Positions 47,321 to 57,545 of a stretch of 64,000 nucleotides of DNA are shown piece by piece. Where the stretch lies: the IMG/VR virus record IMGVR_UViG_3300011115_000874, positions 96,799 through 160,798 of that record; one strand, 5' to 3'. The DNA comes from a virus. The translations under genes were made by a program, and so were the position numbers. The notes below the pieces were generated by a model. The model did not search any database. It was given only the letters and a program-made list of their open reading frames with translations, and was not told the origin of the DNA. Position 1 is the first letter of the stretch, and every line of letters starts with the position of its first letter.

Positions 47321-48724
47321 TTATAATGTTGTTAAAAATATTGATGATTGATCGTCTAATTGATAGTCATAGGTAGCTGCGAATCTTACAATATGTGGAG
47401 CGTCCATAGCTGCCGTTAGATCTACTTTTGAAAATTGTATTTTATTAGTACCTGCACTAAATAAAGTTTGAAATGGTGTCAAGTTTGTTGGTGTGATTTG
47501 ATTGCCAGTTTTAGTTCCATTTATGAAGGTATTGATAGTTGATCCATTAAATGATAAAATACACTTAAAACGTTTTTGACTATTAGCAGGAGAGAATGTA
47601 AAGCTACCTAAATTTTGTTGAGCATTTTGATTCCAAAAATTTACTGAGGTTGAGTTAAGTCTTCTAAGATACCAAATTAAGGGTGATCCATTAACATCAC
47701 CTGTGCTAGCAGCATAGTCACCTTGATACTCTATATCAAAGAATATTGTCCATTGTGATGTGCTAGAGCTTATAAATGGTGATAAAACATCATCTACTGA
47801 TCTGCTTGCTGTTACGGCTGCAGTTGGGATGAGGGAAGTAGCAAATGAATAATTCTCAAGTTGTATCCCGTAAAAATACATTGTTTTACCGGTGAAATCA
47901 GTTGACCATACTGTCGATGATGTATTAGGAGCTACGTAAACACCTAAATTAAAACTAGCATTTGCGTTAGCATTTAGTGTAAATGGTGCCATAATACATC
48001 TATACCAACCATTACCCCAATCTTCAATTTTAGCTCCAGTTGTTGGGGTTGTGCCATTACTAAGATTAAAGTAGCTTGTACCAGTGCCTGTACCTGTTTG
48101 ATTCGCATAATTTACAGATAAAATACTATTACTTCCAGCTTTAGCAAATATTGAACCACATATGCTTGAGCCACTCAAAATTCCTTGTGGTATAATATAG
48201 TATATTCCCCAACTACCTACACTTCCAGATCCTCCAGTAACTTTTGCAGCATTATAAACTCCTTCTGGGCTTGTAGTATCAACAGCAACAGAGCGCGTAG
48301 GTTGTGTGGTACCAAATGTAATCATATTTGTACCCATTGTTTGTGAATACAAATGCCAATTTTTTGAAGCTGGTTCTATTAACAATCCTTTAAACTGGTT
48401 TGGTGTACCCGTAATATATGTTAATCTTGGTTCGTTAGCAACTGCAAATTTTATGGTTCCATTACTACTAAGATAACTTCCACTATTGCTAGATCGTGTA
48501 GCTGTAAAATTACTACTAGCAGTGTTGGGTGTAACAGCGTATGAAAATCCTGTCTTTTTAGTAGAAGGAAATAATAATAAAGAAGGATTATATGCTAAAA
48601 GTCTGTTGTATTGGTCTATAAATTGAACTGTGGGTATAGCTTCGTATGCGCCTCCATCTGCTATAGCCCTTCTTAAGTAAGACTGATAGTTATTGTCTAA
48701 GGGTATTTTTGTATTTACAGCCAT
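47321..48724 (-). CDS. head-spike / fibre protein with carbohydrate-binding and LamG-like domains
   Basis: FTATRSS...NEPR...GLLIEPASKN, GNGWYRC, ATSLIPT. Confidence 0.7.
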   Translation of the reverse strand: MAVNTKIPLDNNYQSYLRRAIADGGAYEAIPTVQFIDQYNRLLAYNPSLLLFPSTKKTGFSYAVTPNTASSNFTATRSSNSGSYLSSNGTIKFAVANEPRLTYITGTPNQFKGLLIEPASKNWHLYSQTMGTNMITFGTTQPTRSVAVDTTSPEGVYNAAKVTGGSGSVGSWGIYYIIPQGILSGSSICGSIFAKAGSNSILSVNYANQTGTGTGTSYFNLSNGTTPTTGAKIEDWGNGWYRCIMAPFTLNANANASFNLGVYVAPNTSSTVWSTDFTGKTMYFYGIQLENYSFATSLIPTAAVTASRSVDDVLSPFISSSTSQWTIFFDIEYQGDYAASTGDVNGSPLIWYLRRLNSTSVNFWNQNAQQNLGSFTFSPANSQKRFKCILSFNGSTINTFINGTKTGNQITPTNLTPFQTLFSAGTNKIQFSKVDLTAAMDAPHIVRFAATYDYQLDDQSSIFLTTL

Positions 48725-48725
48725 A

Positions 48726-49472
48726 TTATGTTATATTAAACCTCCCTTTTGTTGCGTTGTAGTTTTGGAGTACTTCTTGGGCTGAAAGTACTCTATCGTA
48801 AACTCTTACTGGGCCTATGCTTCCTGAAAAGAAGATATTATTGTTGTTGTTATCTCTTCCAAAATTCAATTGATTTGTAGGCCATGGAGATGTTCCCGTC
48901 CAAGCACTAGCTGCATTAGTTGATTGTCCTCTTAATATTCCATCTACGTATAAAGAGACTGTGCTACCATTAGTCTGTGTAATAACTTGATGCCACGTAT
49001 TATCAAAGTAGTTTGCACCAGCAGGAGTTGTTATTGAAATAGCTCCCGATGGGCTAGAGTTAAATACAGTACGCATTTGTCCTGCCGGGTTTATAGTGCA
49101 CATAATTCCGTATGTAAACCCAAATATACCAGATCCACCTGCCTGCCCTGATCCTGTGCCTGCTGTTTTAAACCATGCCTCAAGTGTAAGTTCAGGCTTT
49201 GGCCAAAAACCTGCAGTTTGAGGGTTGTTTGATACTAATACAGCGCTTCCAGTACCATTAAATACGAAACATCCACCTCCTTCAGGTGAATATTGGGGTA
49301 ATGTTACTGTACTGTTTTGGTTTTGTAATGTAGAAGATGTTATGTTAGTGTATCCGGGATTTAAGTTCCTAAGCGTAGTGCTACCTGATGTATATGATTT
49401 GGTGTTAGCCGCATCAAAGTACATTATTAATCCATTAGTAACTATTGGAGGTGTATTTTTGTATATAGCCAT
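48726..49472 (-). CDS. LamG / concanavalin-like virion protein (paralogue of 46627..47319)
   Basis: PPIVTNGL...NTKSYTSGST, TLEAWFK, LYVDG, VYDRVLS..EV.QNYNATK. Confidence 0.85.
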   Translation of the reverse strand: MAIYKNTPPIVTNGLIMYFDAANTKSYTSGSTTLRNLNPGYTNITSSTLQNQNSTVTLPQYSPEGGGCFVFNGTGSAVLVSNNPQTAGFWPKPELTLEAWFKTAGTGSGQAGGSGIFGFTYGIMCTINPAGQMRTVFNSSPSGAISITTPAGANYFDNTWHQVITQTNGSTVSLYVDGILRGQSTNAASAWTGTSPWPTNQLNFGRDNNNNNIFFSGSIGPVRVYDRVLSAQEVLQNYNATKGRFNIT

Positions 49473-49474
49473 AA

Positions 49475-52162
49475 TTAAGCAAAACTTGAACTTCTATATC
49501 TTGTTCCATCGTATATAAATAGCAATGATCCACTCCAATATGCACTTCCTGTTTGTGGAGCAACTGATTGAGATAATGGTAATATAAAGCTACCACTTAT
49601 CCTCATTGTTCCGTAGATGTTTACTTGTGAACCTGTCTTTTCAAATACTTTGTTTGGGAAGTCATATATGTTAACGTCCCAGTTACTTGTAGCCTCTATA
49701 ATTGGAATACCAGATACATCATTTACCATGTAAATGCTTCCTGATGTTACATCTGTTACTGTTAATTGGCTTCCTGCACTTGTTGATCCAAAATCAGCTA
49801 TTACATTATTTCCTCCAGTTGCTGTAGCTGCATTACTTGAAGTGAATGTTGCTGCTACTCGGAATGCTGTTTCTGTTTGTGATCCTGTTGTTTGGAAGAA
49901 TGTAGGTGTAATACTTACACCATAATATTGTCCTCCAACTATATTACTAGCGGATATAATAGGTGATATACTAAATGCAGATTGTGATACTGCAAGTGAC
50001 ATTGTAGGTGAAGTAAATGCTACTTGACCATTGTCTAGCATAGTCAATAAAGTTGTTGGTGTACTGTTTCGTACTAAAAATGTATTTGTAGCATTTGTTG
50101 CTCCTGATCCTATTACATCTAGGGCAGCGTTTGGAGATTGTTGATTAATACCAACTGTCTTAGCAAATTGACCTACAGTTATTCTACCAGCAGATGCTCC
50201 ATTACCCACCATCTCTAATCTTCCATTTCCTGCTGATATACTAAAATCAGCTGATGATCCGCCTACGTTTTGTATTCTAATTGCAGCGCTTGATGAATTG
50301 GCTATATGGATATTAGCACTTGGGTTATTTGTTCCTATACCAACATTACCACTTGAGCTAACAAGCATTAATGAAGCAGTGCCTTGATTAAAAATTACAC
50401 TACCACTTGTTGTTTCAATTGCTCTATAATCAGCAGCAGAAGTAAGTGTTGGAGAAATAAATAAACCTCTTGTAATACCATTTGCACCACCAGTTTGATT
50501 AATAGTAGGAAGAATAGAGTAAGCTGAGTATGTAGCAGTTCCACTTGTTGGACTAAAACCACCACTAAAACTTAATCCGGTTTGGGTCCCAGTTGTTGAA
50601 GTAAATGTTGCTCCAGTAAGTAATAAAGTAGTTTGTGAAAATGTAGCATACCCAAATGAACTGTGAATTGAAAAAGCTCCTATTGATAAGTTACCAGATC
50701 CATTAATTTGTGAATTTTGTGCAAATACCATTGGTCCATTAACTCTCGCAGTTCCATTTATATCTAAACTATAAGCAGAAGATCCAGTTGTATTAATACC
50801 AACATTTCCACTTCCACTTACAAATAGTATGCTTGAAGATGCTGGTGAGTCTATTCTTAATAAAGCAGAGCCTGATGAGCCTGATACGTGTAATTGTGCA
50901 GATGGCGCTATGGTTCCTATCCCCATTCTTCCAGATCCATCTACAACAAACTTAGGAGTTGTAGAATCGCCTATGTGTACTTGGAATTGTTTAAAGGCAT
51001 CTGAAGTGCCACCTTCAAATTTAAATCCAAATCTACCAAAGAAGTCAGCTGATGATGCTGCGTTTGTATAAAAATCCCATACACCTCTGTTTTGGTTAGC
51101 ATTAGCTGAGCTTATATCATATCTAGCTAATAGTCCTTGGTTTTGGTATTGATGGTAAGAACCGTATAAATCTAAATTATATTGTGCTGAGCTTGTTCCT
51201 ATACCAACAAATCCATTATCTAATACTACTAATGAGGCTGATGCGTTAGTGTTTTCAACTCGGAGTGCTGTTGTAGCTGATGTTGCGCCTGATCCTTTTA
51301 TTTTTGCATTTCCATTCACATCTAGCTTAAACCCTGCATCTGTTGTTGTGTTAATTAGGAAGTTTCCTGTTGTAGATGCAACACGTACTTTTTCACTTCC
51401 ACCTACTAAAAATTGTATTGTTGGGCCATTAATTAATGCTTGTGCTCCATTTGCTCTAAAATAGTTAACAGCTGTATAAGCTAATTCTGAGTAAGTGGAG
51501 TTATTTAAAGTAAGATATGAACCACCACTTAATAATCTTACAGTTCCACTTACATCCAATGTGTTTGTAGGTGTAATTGTCCCAATACCAACATTACCAC
51601 TACTACTAACAAATAATAAATTACTACCAACTAATAATTGAGTAGCATTTGAACTAGATACTGTTAATGAACCCGTTATTGTTAAACTACCTGTTGGTAC
51701 TACAACAGTACCATACAAAGTTTGAGTATCATTAGCACTATCTCCTAACTGGTTTGAACCAGTAGATAATACAGTTTGATTAACTACTAAAGTACCAATA
51801 GAAGCAGTTCCTAACACTGTTACATTTCCTGTTACTATTGCTGAAGACATTGTTGTTGCTCCAACTACATCTACACTTCCAGAAAAAATTGCAGGACCTA
51901 TATTTGTAAATGTAGATGATCCTGATACTAAAAACGAGCCTGTTACTTGTATGCTAGAGGTAGTAGCGTAAACGCCTCCTCCCATGTTAGCAAATGGTTC
52001 TGATGGTCCTGCTACACCTTGTGGTCCTACTGGTCCTTGAGGTCCAGGATTATTTACTTCTATAACACTAGTAATAGGTTGAGGAACAATAATTTGATTT
52101 TCCTCTGTTACTACTGTTACATTAGCTATATCGGTTTGACTATTTATACTATTATTCTGCAT
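49475..52162 (-). CDS. long fibre protein
   Basis: Short collagen-like GPQGPVGPQG stretch, repeated GNVGIGT..P modules. Confidence 0.8.
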   Translation of the reverse strand: MQNNSINSQTDIANVTVVTEENQIIVPQPITSVIEVNNPGPQGPVGPQGVAGPSEPFANMGGGVYATTSSIQVTGSFLVSGSSTFTNIGPAIFSGSVDVVGATTMSSAIVTGNVTVLGTASIGTLVVNQTVLSTGSNQLGDSANDTQTLYGTVVVPTGSLTITGSLTVSSSNATQLLVGSNLLFVSSSGNVGIGTITPTNTLDVSGTVRLLSGGSYLTLNNSTYSELAYTAVNYFRANGAQALINGPTIQFLVGGSEKVRVASTTGNFLINTTTDAGFKLDVNGNAKIKGSGATSATTALRVENTNASASLVVLDNGFVGIGTSSAQYNLDLYGSYHQYQNQGLLARYDISSANANQNRGVWDFYTNAASSADFFGRFGFKFEGGTSDAFKQFQVHIGDSTTPKFVVDGSGRMGIGTIAPSAQLHVSGSSGSALLRIDSPASSSILFVSGSGNVGINTTGSSAYSLDINGTARVNGPMVFAQNSQINGSGNLSIGAFSIHSSFGYATFSQTTLLLTGATFTSTTGTQTGLSFSGGFSPTSGTATYSAYSILPTINQTGGANGITRGLFISPTLTSAADYRAIETTSGSVIFNQGTASLMLVSSSGNVGIGTNNPSANIHIANSSSAAIRIQNVGGSSADFSISAGNGRLEMVGNGASAGRITVGQFAKTVGINQQSPNAALDVIGSGATNATNTFLVRNSTPTTLLTMLDNGQVAFTSPTMSLAVSQSAFSISPIISASNIVGGQYYGVSITPTFFQTTGSQTETAFRVAATFTSSNAATATGGNNVIADFGSTSAGSQLTVTDVTSGSIYMVNDVSGIPIIEATSNWDVNIYDFPNKVFEKTGSQVNIYGTMRISGSFILPLSQSVAPQTGSAYWSGSLLFIYDGTRYRSSSFA

Positions 52163-52201
52163 TAAGCTTCAGGTTTATTATAAATATGAAGGTAAATTAG
52201 G

Positions 52202-54640
52202 TTATGCTATAAATGTCCAACCTGTAGATTTGTTTATGTATAATCCTTCTGTTGCGTCTGTACAGTATACCATTAGTCCTACTGCTGGTGATGTGATTGC
52301 TAATCTTTGAGCGTTAGTCATGCGAGAAGGTAAGAAGCCTTTTGTAGTAGATTTTACTTCAAGTAATGCAGATGCTGAACTTAAGAAACTGTAATCTTGT
52401 GATATAACAACTCCTTTTGCAGCTGAAGGGATAATCAAACGAAGGTCATTACCACTTCCTACATCCATAGTACCAGTGTATATTGTAACACCAGATACAT
52501 TGCTTGTTGCACTTGGATTTATATTTCCACAAGTTAATACACCGGTTCTAACTGTTCCATTCACATCTAAATTATACTGTGCTGATCCTGTGTTTATACC
52601 TACAAATCCATTATCTAATACTACTAATGATGCAGATGCGTTGGTGTTTTCAACACGTAAAGCAGTTGTAGCACTTGTAGCGCCTGATCCTTGCACCTGA
52701 AGTTGTGCTGTTGGTACTGTAGACACTCCTCCCACATACATTGAATTTCTTACATTCACATATGGTGTAGCACTGTTACCAGTAAGTATGAGTTGTGTAC
52801 GGTACTGTGAGGTAGATGTATCATAAGCACTTAGTGCTGTAGAAGAAAATCCACTCAATACAGAATCATTTCCAACGAATACACTCTTGCCATCATTTCC
52901 GTTTGAGTATAAACCATATGGAGCTTGTACAGGACCATCATTTCTTACCGTTAGTAGACTTGTTCCAGCGCTGTTTTGTAATGATAACGCGTTACCACTT
53001 GCAAGTGTTATTCCACTACCTTGTATACTTAATGACCCAGTTATACTCTGCGACCCAGTATTAGTCAACATTCTATGCCACCCAACTTGAGAACCACTAT
53101 TATAATAGTATAATCCTTCGTTTGTTGATCCTGTTAAGTATGTTATTAAACCTTGAGCAGGAGATGTGATTGAGGCTGTTGTTGCTGTGCGTGGTGGGAG
53201 GAAGCCTTTTGTTGTGCTGTCTACTTGTAATAATGCTGATGCTACAGCAAGTACTGTTGGTTGGCCTTGGGTTACTCTAACATTTTGAGCTGTGTTATTT
53301 TGTGATGCTATTAGTTGTAGGCCGCTTCCATATGATCCTAGTATTTTGCCTTCATTACCAATAAATAAAGTATTACCAACTGATACACTTCCATTTACTT
53401 CTAATTTATTTCCTACGCCTGAATCTATAGATGTGCCTATACCTACAAAACCACTTGAACTAACAAATAATAATGAAGTAGATCCACTTTGTAATAAAAC
53501 ATTACCCGCAGTGGTTTCAATCGCTCTAAAATCTGCTGCTGCCGTTAGCGTTGGATTGATGTAAAGACCTCTTGTTATTCCATTAGCACCACCTGTTTGG
53601 TTTATGGTAGAAGATACTCTTAAAATATTGAAAACTCCTGTTCCTGAAGTTGGTGAAAAAGTTCGGTTAAATCCTAAACTACTTCCCAACATCATTACAC
53701 CACCTTCACCCGATGTATATTGTCTATCGGCTATACCAGGTGAAGTTACATAACTTTGATAACCACTAATAGTACTACCAACATTATCTCCTATTCTTAC
53801 TGATGTACCTGCTGTTGTAATATTTGTAAGTGCCGTTGTTGGATCTACTGATAAAACAGAAGGCAAACCTGCGCCAAAGAATATTGAATTAGCTCTTGCG
53901 CTACCGCTTACATCGAGCTTGTACCCTGCGTCTGTTGTTGTGCCGATGCCAAAATTACCACCGTTGAAATAACTAAAATTTGAAGTAGACCTTATTGCAA
54001 ATCGAATAACCCCACCAGCATACAAAAACATTTCAGCGGTGTTGTTACTTGCTCCATCTCTCGTTACTTGAAACAATGTTCCGCTTGTAGCACTTTGTAA
54101 CAAAATACCTTCGTCATTAGCGTTTGCTTTTACTGTCAAAGCTTTTGTTGGCGTAGCTGTACCAATACCCAACCTTGCGTTTGTATTATCCCAAAAGAAA
54201 CCAGCGCTTGAAGTTCCAAATGAGACACTTCCACTTACAGTCAAACTACCTGTTGGTATAACTACTGTGCCATACAACGTCTGGGTGTCATTAGCATTAT
54301 CTCCTAATGTATTAGAGCCTGTAGAATTAATTGTTGTATTAATTTGTAATACATTGATAGAAGCAGTACCTAATACTGTTACATCTCCTGATACAACAGC
54401 TGATGACATTGTAGTAGGACCTGTTATAATTGCACTACCTGAGAATATGGCTGGGCCTATGTTTGTAAAAGTAGAAGATCCAGATACTAAAAATGAGCCT
54501 GATACCTGTAGGCTACTTGTTGTAGCCCAAATGCTTCCACTTACATTATTGAATGGTTGTGTTGATCCAGAAGGACCAGTTGCACCTTGTGGTCCCGTAG
54601 AACCTTGTGGGCCGGGATTATTTATTACAATAGTACGCAT
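52202..54640 (-). CDS. long fibre protein (paralogue of 49475..52162)
   Basis: Shared N-terminal and internal modules; two SALL.V.STTKGFLP.R modules. Confidence 0.8.
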   Translation of the reverse strand: MRTIVINNPGPQGSTGPQGATGPSGSTQPFNNVSGSIWATTSSLQVSGSFLVSGSSTFTNIGPAIFSGSAIITGPTTMSSAVVSGDVTVLGTASINVLQINTTINSTGSNTLGDNANDTQTLYGTVVIPTGSLTVSGSVSFGTSSAGFFWDNTNARLGIGTATPTKALTVKANANDEGILLQSATSGTLFQVTRDGASNNTAEMFLYAGGVIRFAIRSTSNFSYFNGGNFGIGTTTDAGYKLDVSGSARANSIFFGAGLPSVLSVDPTTALTNITTAGTSVRIGDNVGSTISGYQSYVTSPGIADRQYTSGEGGVMMLGSSLGFNRTFSPTSGTGVFNILRVSSTINQTGGANGITRGLYINPTLTAAADFRAIETTAGNVLLQSGSTSLLFVSSSGFVGIGTSIDSGVGNKLEVNGSVSVGNTLFIGNEGKILGSYGSGLQLIASQNNTAQNVRVTQGQPTVLAVASALLQVDSTTKGFLPPRTATTASITSPAQGLITYLTGSTNEGLYYYNSGSQVGWHRMLTNTGSQSITGSLSIQGSGITLASGNALSLQNSAGTSLLTVRNDGPVQAPYGLYSNGNDGKSVFVGNDSVLSGFSSTALSAYDTSTSQYRTQLILTGNSATPYVNVRNSMYVGGVSTVPTAQLQVQGSGATSATTALRVENTNASASLVVLDNGFVGINTGSAQYNLDVNGTVRTGVLTCGNINPSATSNVSGVTIYTGTMDVGSGNDLRLIIPSAAKGVVISQDYSFLSSASALLEVKSTTKGFLPSRMTNAQRLAITSPAVGLMVYCTDATEGLYINKSTGWTFIA

Positions 54641-55041
54641 TATACTGTTACTTGGTTACTTAAGCTAATTTGTCCTTCTAATAATCGTACTGTTAGTGGG
54701 CAAGCTCCACTCCCTGAGTATATTTCTAAGTCGTATTTAGCTGTAGTAAATGTGAGTAAAGACGAGGTACAAGCAGCTATATATATTCCGATGGAACCAC
54801 TAGTAGGTGGTGTACTTCCATTGCTTCCGCTAAAATTTAGGCCAGTACCATCGGCGTTTAGAGAACTAGATAATGTAATATATACTGTTCGAGATGCATT
54901 AGAAGCATAATCAGATGCAATTTGCATCCGTCCTGAATATCCAGTTAAGTCAACTGGGTTATTGGATGAATCTTTGTATTGTATCTCAAAGTTTGTAGTT
55001 GTTCCTTGTTCTATTGTAAATGAATATCTTCCTGCTCCCAT
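54640..55041 (-). CDS. Ig-like fibre attachment / adaptor protein (BppU-N-like)
   Basis: FTIEQG, PVDLTGY..RMQI, YDLEI, RLLEG. Confidence 0.65.
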   Translation of the reverse strand: MGAGRYSFTIEQGTTTNFEIQYKDSSNNPVDLTGYSGRMQIASDYASNASRTVYITLSSSLNADGTGLNFSGSNGSTPPTSGSIGIYIAACTSSLLTFTTAKYDLEIYSGSGACPLTVRLLEGQISLSNQVTV

Positions 55042-55063
55042 GTGTATTGTTTAGCAATAAATA

Positions 55064-55759
55064 TTAGTCTCTATAATCTGAGTATAGTTTAAGTATAGGT
55101 TCTACAATTTCATGGCGATGGTTTGTTTTAAGGGTAACTACTTTTACTCCTTTAATATCTGCCTCTAATCGGGTGAAGAAACCAATACCACTATCTTTCT
55201 TTTGTTTTAAGTCTGTTTGAGTGATGTCTCCACAAAATATCATTTTTCCACCTTTACCTAAACGACCTAATATCATTTCGGTTTGACCATGAGTAATATT
55301 TTGACATTCGTCTACTATCACTACTGCGTCTGGGAATGTTCTACCTCTCATAAATGCAAATGGTACAATTTCAATTTGTCCATCTGCTACCATTTTTTCT
55401 ATCTTAGTCTTATCATATAACATATGTAAGTTAGCATAGATAGGAGCCAACCAAGGATCCATTTTTTCTTTTAAGTCACCAGGTAAGAAACCTATTTCTT
55501 CTTTTGCTACTGTGGGTCTAGTGATGATGATTCGTTCAATGTCTTTTCTAAACATTAAATCTAAAGCTACTTGACAAGCAACTAAGGTTTTACCTGATCC
55601 AGCCATACCTTTTAATAGTGTGACAGGATGATCTAAGATGACTTGCTTTGCTTCTTTCTGTTCCTCGTTTAAAGTTATTTTAAAATTAATCGGGTTTTTA
55701 GGCTTTCTTTTTTCTTTAAAAATGTTTTTAGCCTCCTCACTTCTGTTGAAATCTGTCAT
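55064..55759 (-). CDS. phoH: PhoH-family ATPase
   Basis: GMAGSGKT, IGFLPGDLKEK, FMRGRTF, DECQN, GD..QTD. Confidence 0.96.
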   Translation of the reverse strand: MTDFNRSEEAKNIFKEKRKPKNPINFKITLNEEQKEAKQVILDHPVTLLKGMAGSGKTLVACQVALDLMFRKDIERIIITRPTVAKEEIGFLPGDLKEKMDPWLAPIYANLHMLYDKTKIEKMVADGQIEIVPFAFMRGRTFPDAVVIVDECQNITHGQTEMILGRLGKGGKMIFCGDITQTDLKQKKDSGIGFFTRLEADIKGVKVVTLKTNHRHEIVEPILKLYSDYRD

Positions 55760-55787
55760 GACTTATTATTTGAGTATAAATATCAAC

Positions 55788-55812
55788 AAAAAAGCCCAGA
55801 TTACTCTGGGCT
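55788..55812 (-). terminator. intrinsic terminator after the major capsid gene
   Basis: AGCCCAGA-GTAA-TCTGGGCT followed by TTTTT. Confidence 0.88.
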
Positions 55813-55840
55813 CAATTGTTAGATATTATCTAGGTTATCC

Positions 55841-57514
55841 TTAAAGGGTGTTTAAACCATTTACATAGATCTTACCATAGAATTCAGGACGTAACATCTT
55901 CTTAGCGAAACGAGTCAACAATCCTTTACGTGGAGTGAAGGTGTTTGGATCGTAGATAAGAGGAGTCATGATCAACGGAATGTATGGAGCAAATACAGCA
56001 CCTGCTTCTAGGAACTGCTTACCACGGAAACCTAATAAGATAGTGTTTTCTGTCATGTAAGGGTTCTTATAAACAGTGTAACGGCTGTTAAATTGACCAG
56101 CTTTTTGTACACCGAATGCATATTCCATATCTTCAGCACCGTTGCTATTTGCAGCGAATCCTGGGATTGATTCCAAGATAGTTGAAATAGTTGGAGATAC
56201 TACCATGAAATTTGCACCACCACGAAGGGTTAATTGGTGAATACGGTTACTGATCTTGTTAACTTTAGTACCTAAAGTTTGGAACCAAGCACCTTGAGTG
56301 TTGTAGAAACCTAATGACTGTGTGTAATCAGTTCCAGCAGCGTTCAATGTGTTGTTATTAATAGCTGACCAGTATTCAGTATTACCTGCTGGGGCATCTT
56401 CAATCAACATATCAAGAATTTCAAGATCAATCTCTAAAGAGATGTACTCGCTCATGATGTTAGTTAATTCAGCTTCAGCATCTAAGTTTTGGTAAGCGTT
56501 CAAATCTTGAGCAAATTCTGGCGTCCATGCTGCTTTTAACTTTTTAGTCTTAGCAGTAATTGCTTGAGATTGCATAGAAATGTTAATTTCTGGGATAGAT
56601 GAACTAATACTAGTACCTAATGAGTTAGGGTTAGCGAAAGTTGAGTTATCTTCGAAATCACCACGATACTGATCAGTAGTAGCTTTGTTATAGAATACAG
56701 TATACACTTGAGTAGCAGCTACAGCTGTAGAAGCAGTAACGAAGAATGTGTAAGTAGTAGTAGCTGGGTTGTAGTTGTGGAATGCAGATATGTTACTTGC
56801 AGCTCCTAAAGCAGACCCACTAATAATAAATCCACGTGCAGCATCAGCATCAGCGTTTGGTAATCTAGAAGAAGAAATAGTAAATTTCTTTAAACGTACT
56901 CCATCTTGTGCGGATGCAGATAAAGAAGAATCAAATCCTACTTCAGCCCAAGAAGCTGAGGTGATCGAAAAATCAGCAACTGAAGTACCTATAGTGAAAG
57001 TACTTGGACCAGATGATGTTTGGTTAGTAGTGTAAGTAAAACGACCAGCACCATATAAACCACCTTCAGCAGCTGGGGTAGCGAATGGAGTTGTGCTAGA
57101 AGGGTTACGAGTACCATACAAAGATTGACCACTAGTAAATGGATTCTTAGTAGTACCATATTGGAAATCTAAGAAGAATACAAGACCAGAAGGTAAGTTC
57201 ATTGGTTGAACACTAACGAATTCTTTCGCTGAGATCTGACCAAATACTTTACGTACTAATGGTAATGCAATTCCAGCCCAGTTCTCACCAGAAGTACCTG
57301 ATGTGAAGAAAGATGCGTTACCTGTAGCAGTAGCTTCTACTACTAATTGCTTTGCTTGATTTTCCAACATCAAAGCCATGTTGTTTTTGTTTACGTCTTC
57401 GCCTAAACCTTCCAAAAGGCCGGTTTTGTTCCATTTGTTTGCTAATCTAGCAGCGTCACCTTGAAGTGACTTCCATGGATTTGCGGACTCGACTAATGAT
57501 TGAATTGTGTTCAT
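55841..57514 (-). CDS. major capsid protein (gp23-like)
   Basis: LPLVRKVF, VQPMNLPSGLVF, AKTKKLKA.WTPE.AQDL, APYIPL, DPNTFTPRKG..TRF. Confidence 0.97.
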   Translation of the reverse strand: MNTIQSLVESANPWKSLQGDAARLANKWNKTGLLEGLGEDVNKNNMALMLENQAKQLVVEATATGNASFFTSGTSGENWAGIALPLVRKVFGQISAKEFVSVQPMNLPSGLVFFLDFQYGTTKNPFTSGQSLYGTRNPSSTTPFATPAAEGGLYGAGRFTYTTNQTSSGPSTFTIGTSVADFSITSASWAEVGFDSSLSASAQDGVRLKKFTISSSRLPNADADAARGFIISGSALGAASNISAFHNYNPATTTYTFFVTASTAVAATQVYTVFYNKATTDQYRGDFEDNSTFANPNSLGTSISSSIPEINISMQSQAITAKTKKLKAAWTPEFAQDLNAYQNLDAEAELTNIMSEYISLEIDLEILDMLIEDAPAGNTEYWSAINNNTLNAAGTDYTQSLGFYNTQGAWFQTLGTKVNKISNRIHQLTLRGGANFMVVSPTISTILESIPGFAANSNGAEDMEYAFGVQKAGQFNSRYTVYKNPYMTENTILLGFRGKQFLEAGAVFAPYIPLIMTPLIYDPNTFTPRKGLLTRFAKKMLRPEFYGKIYVNGLNTL

Positions 57515-57545
57515 TTTTTTAAATCGGTTTTTGTTTTTATTAATT

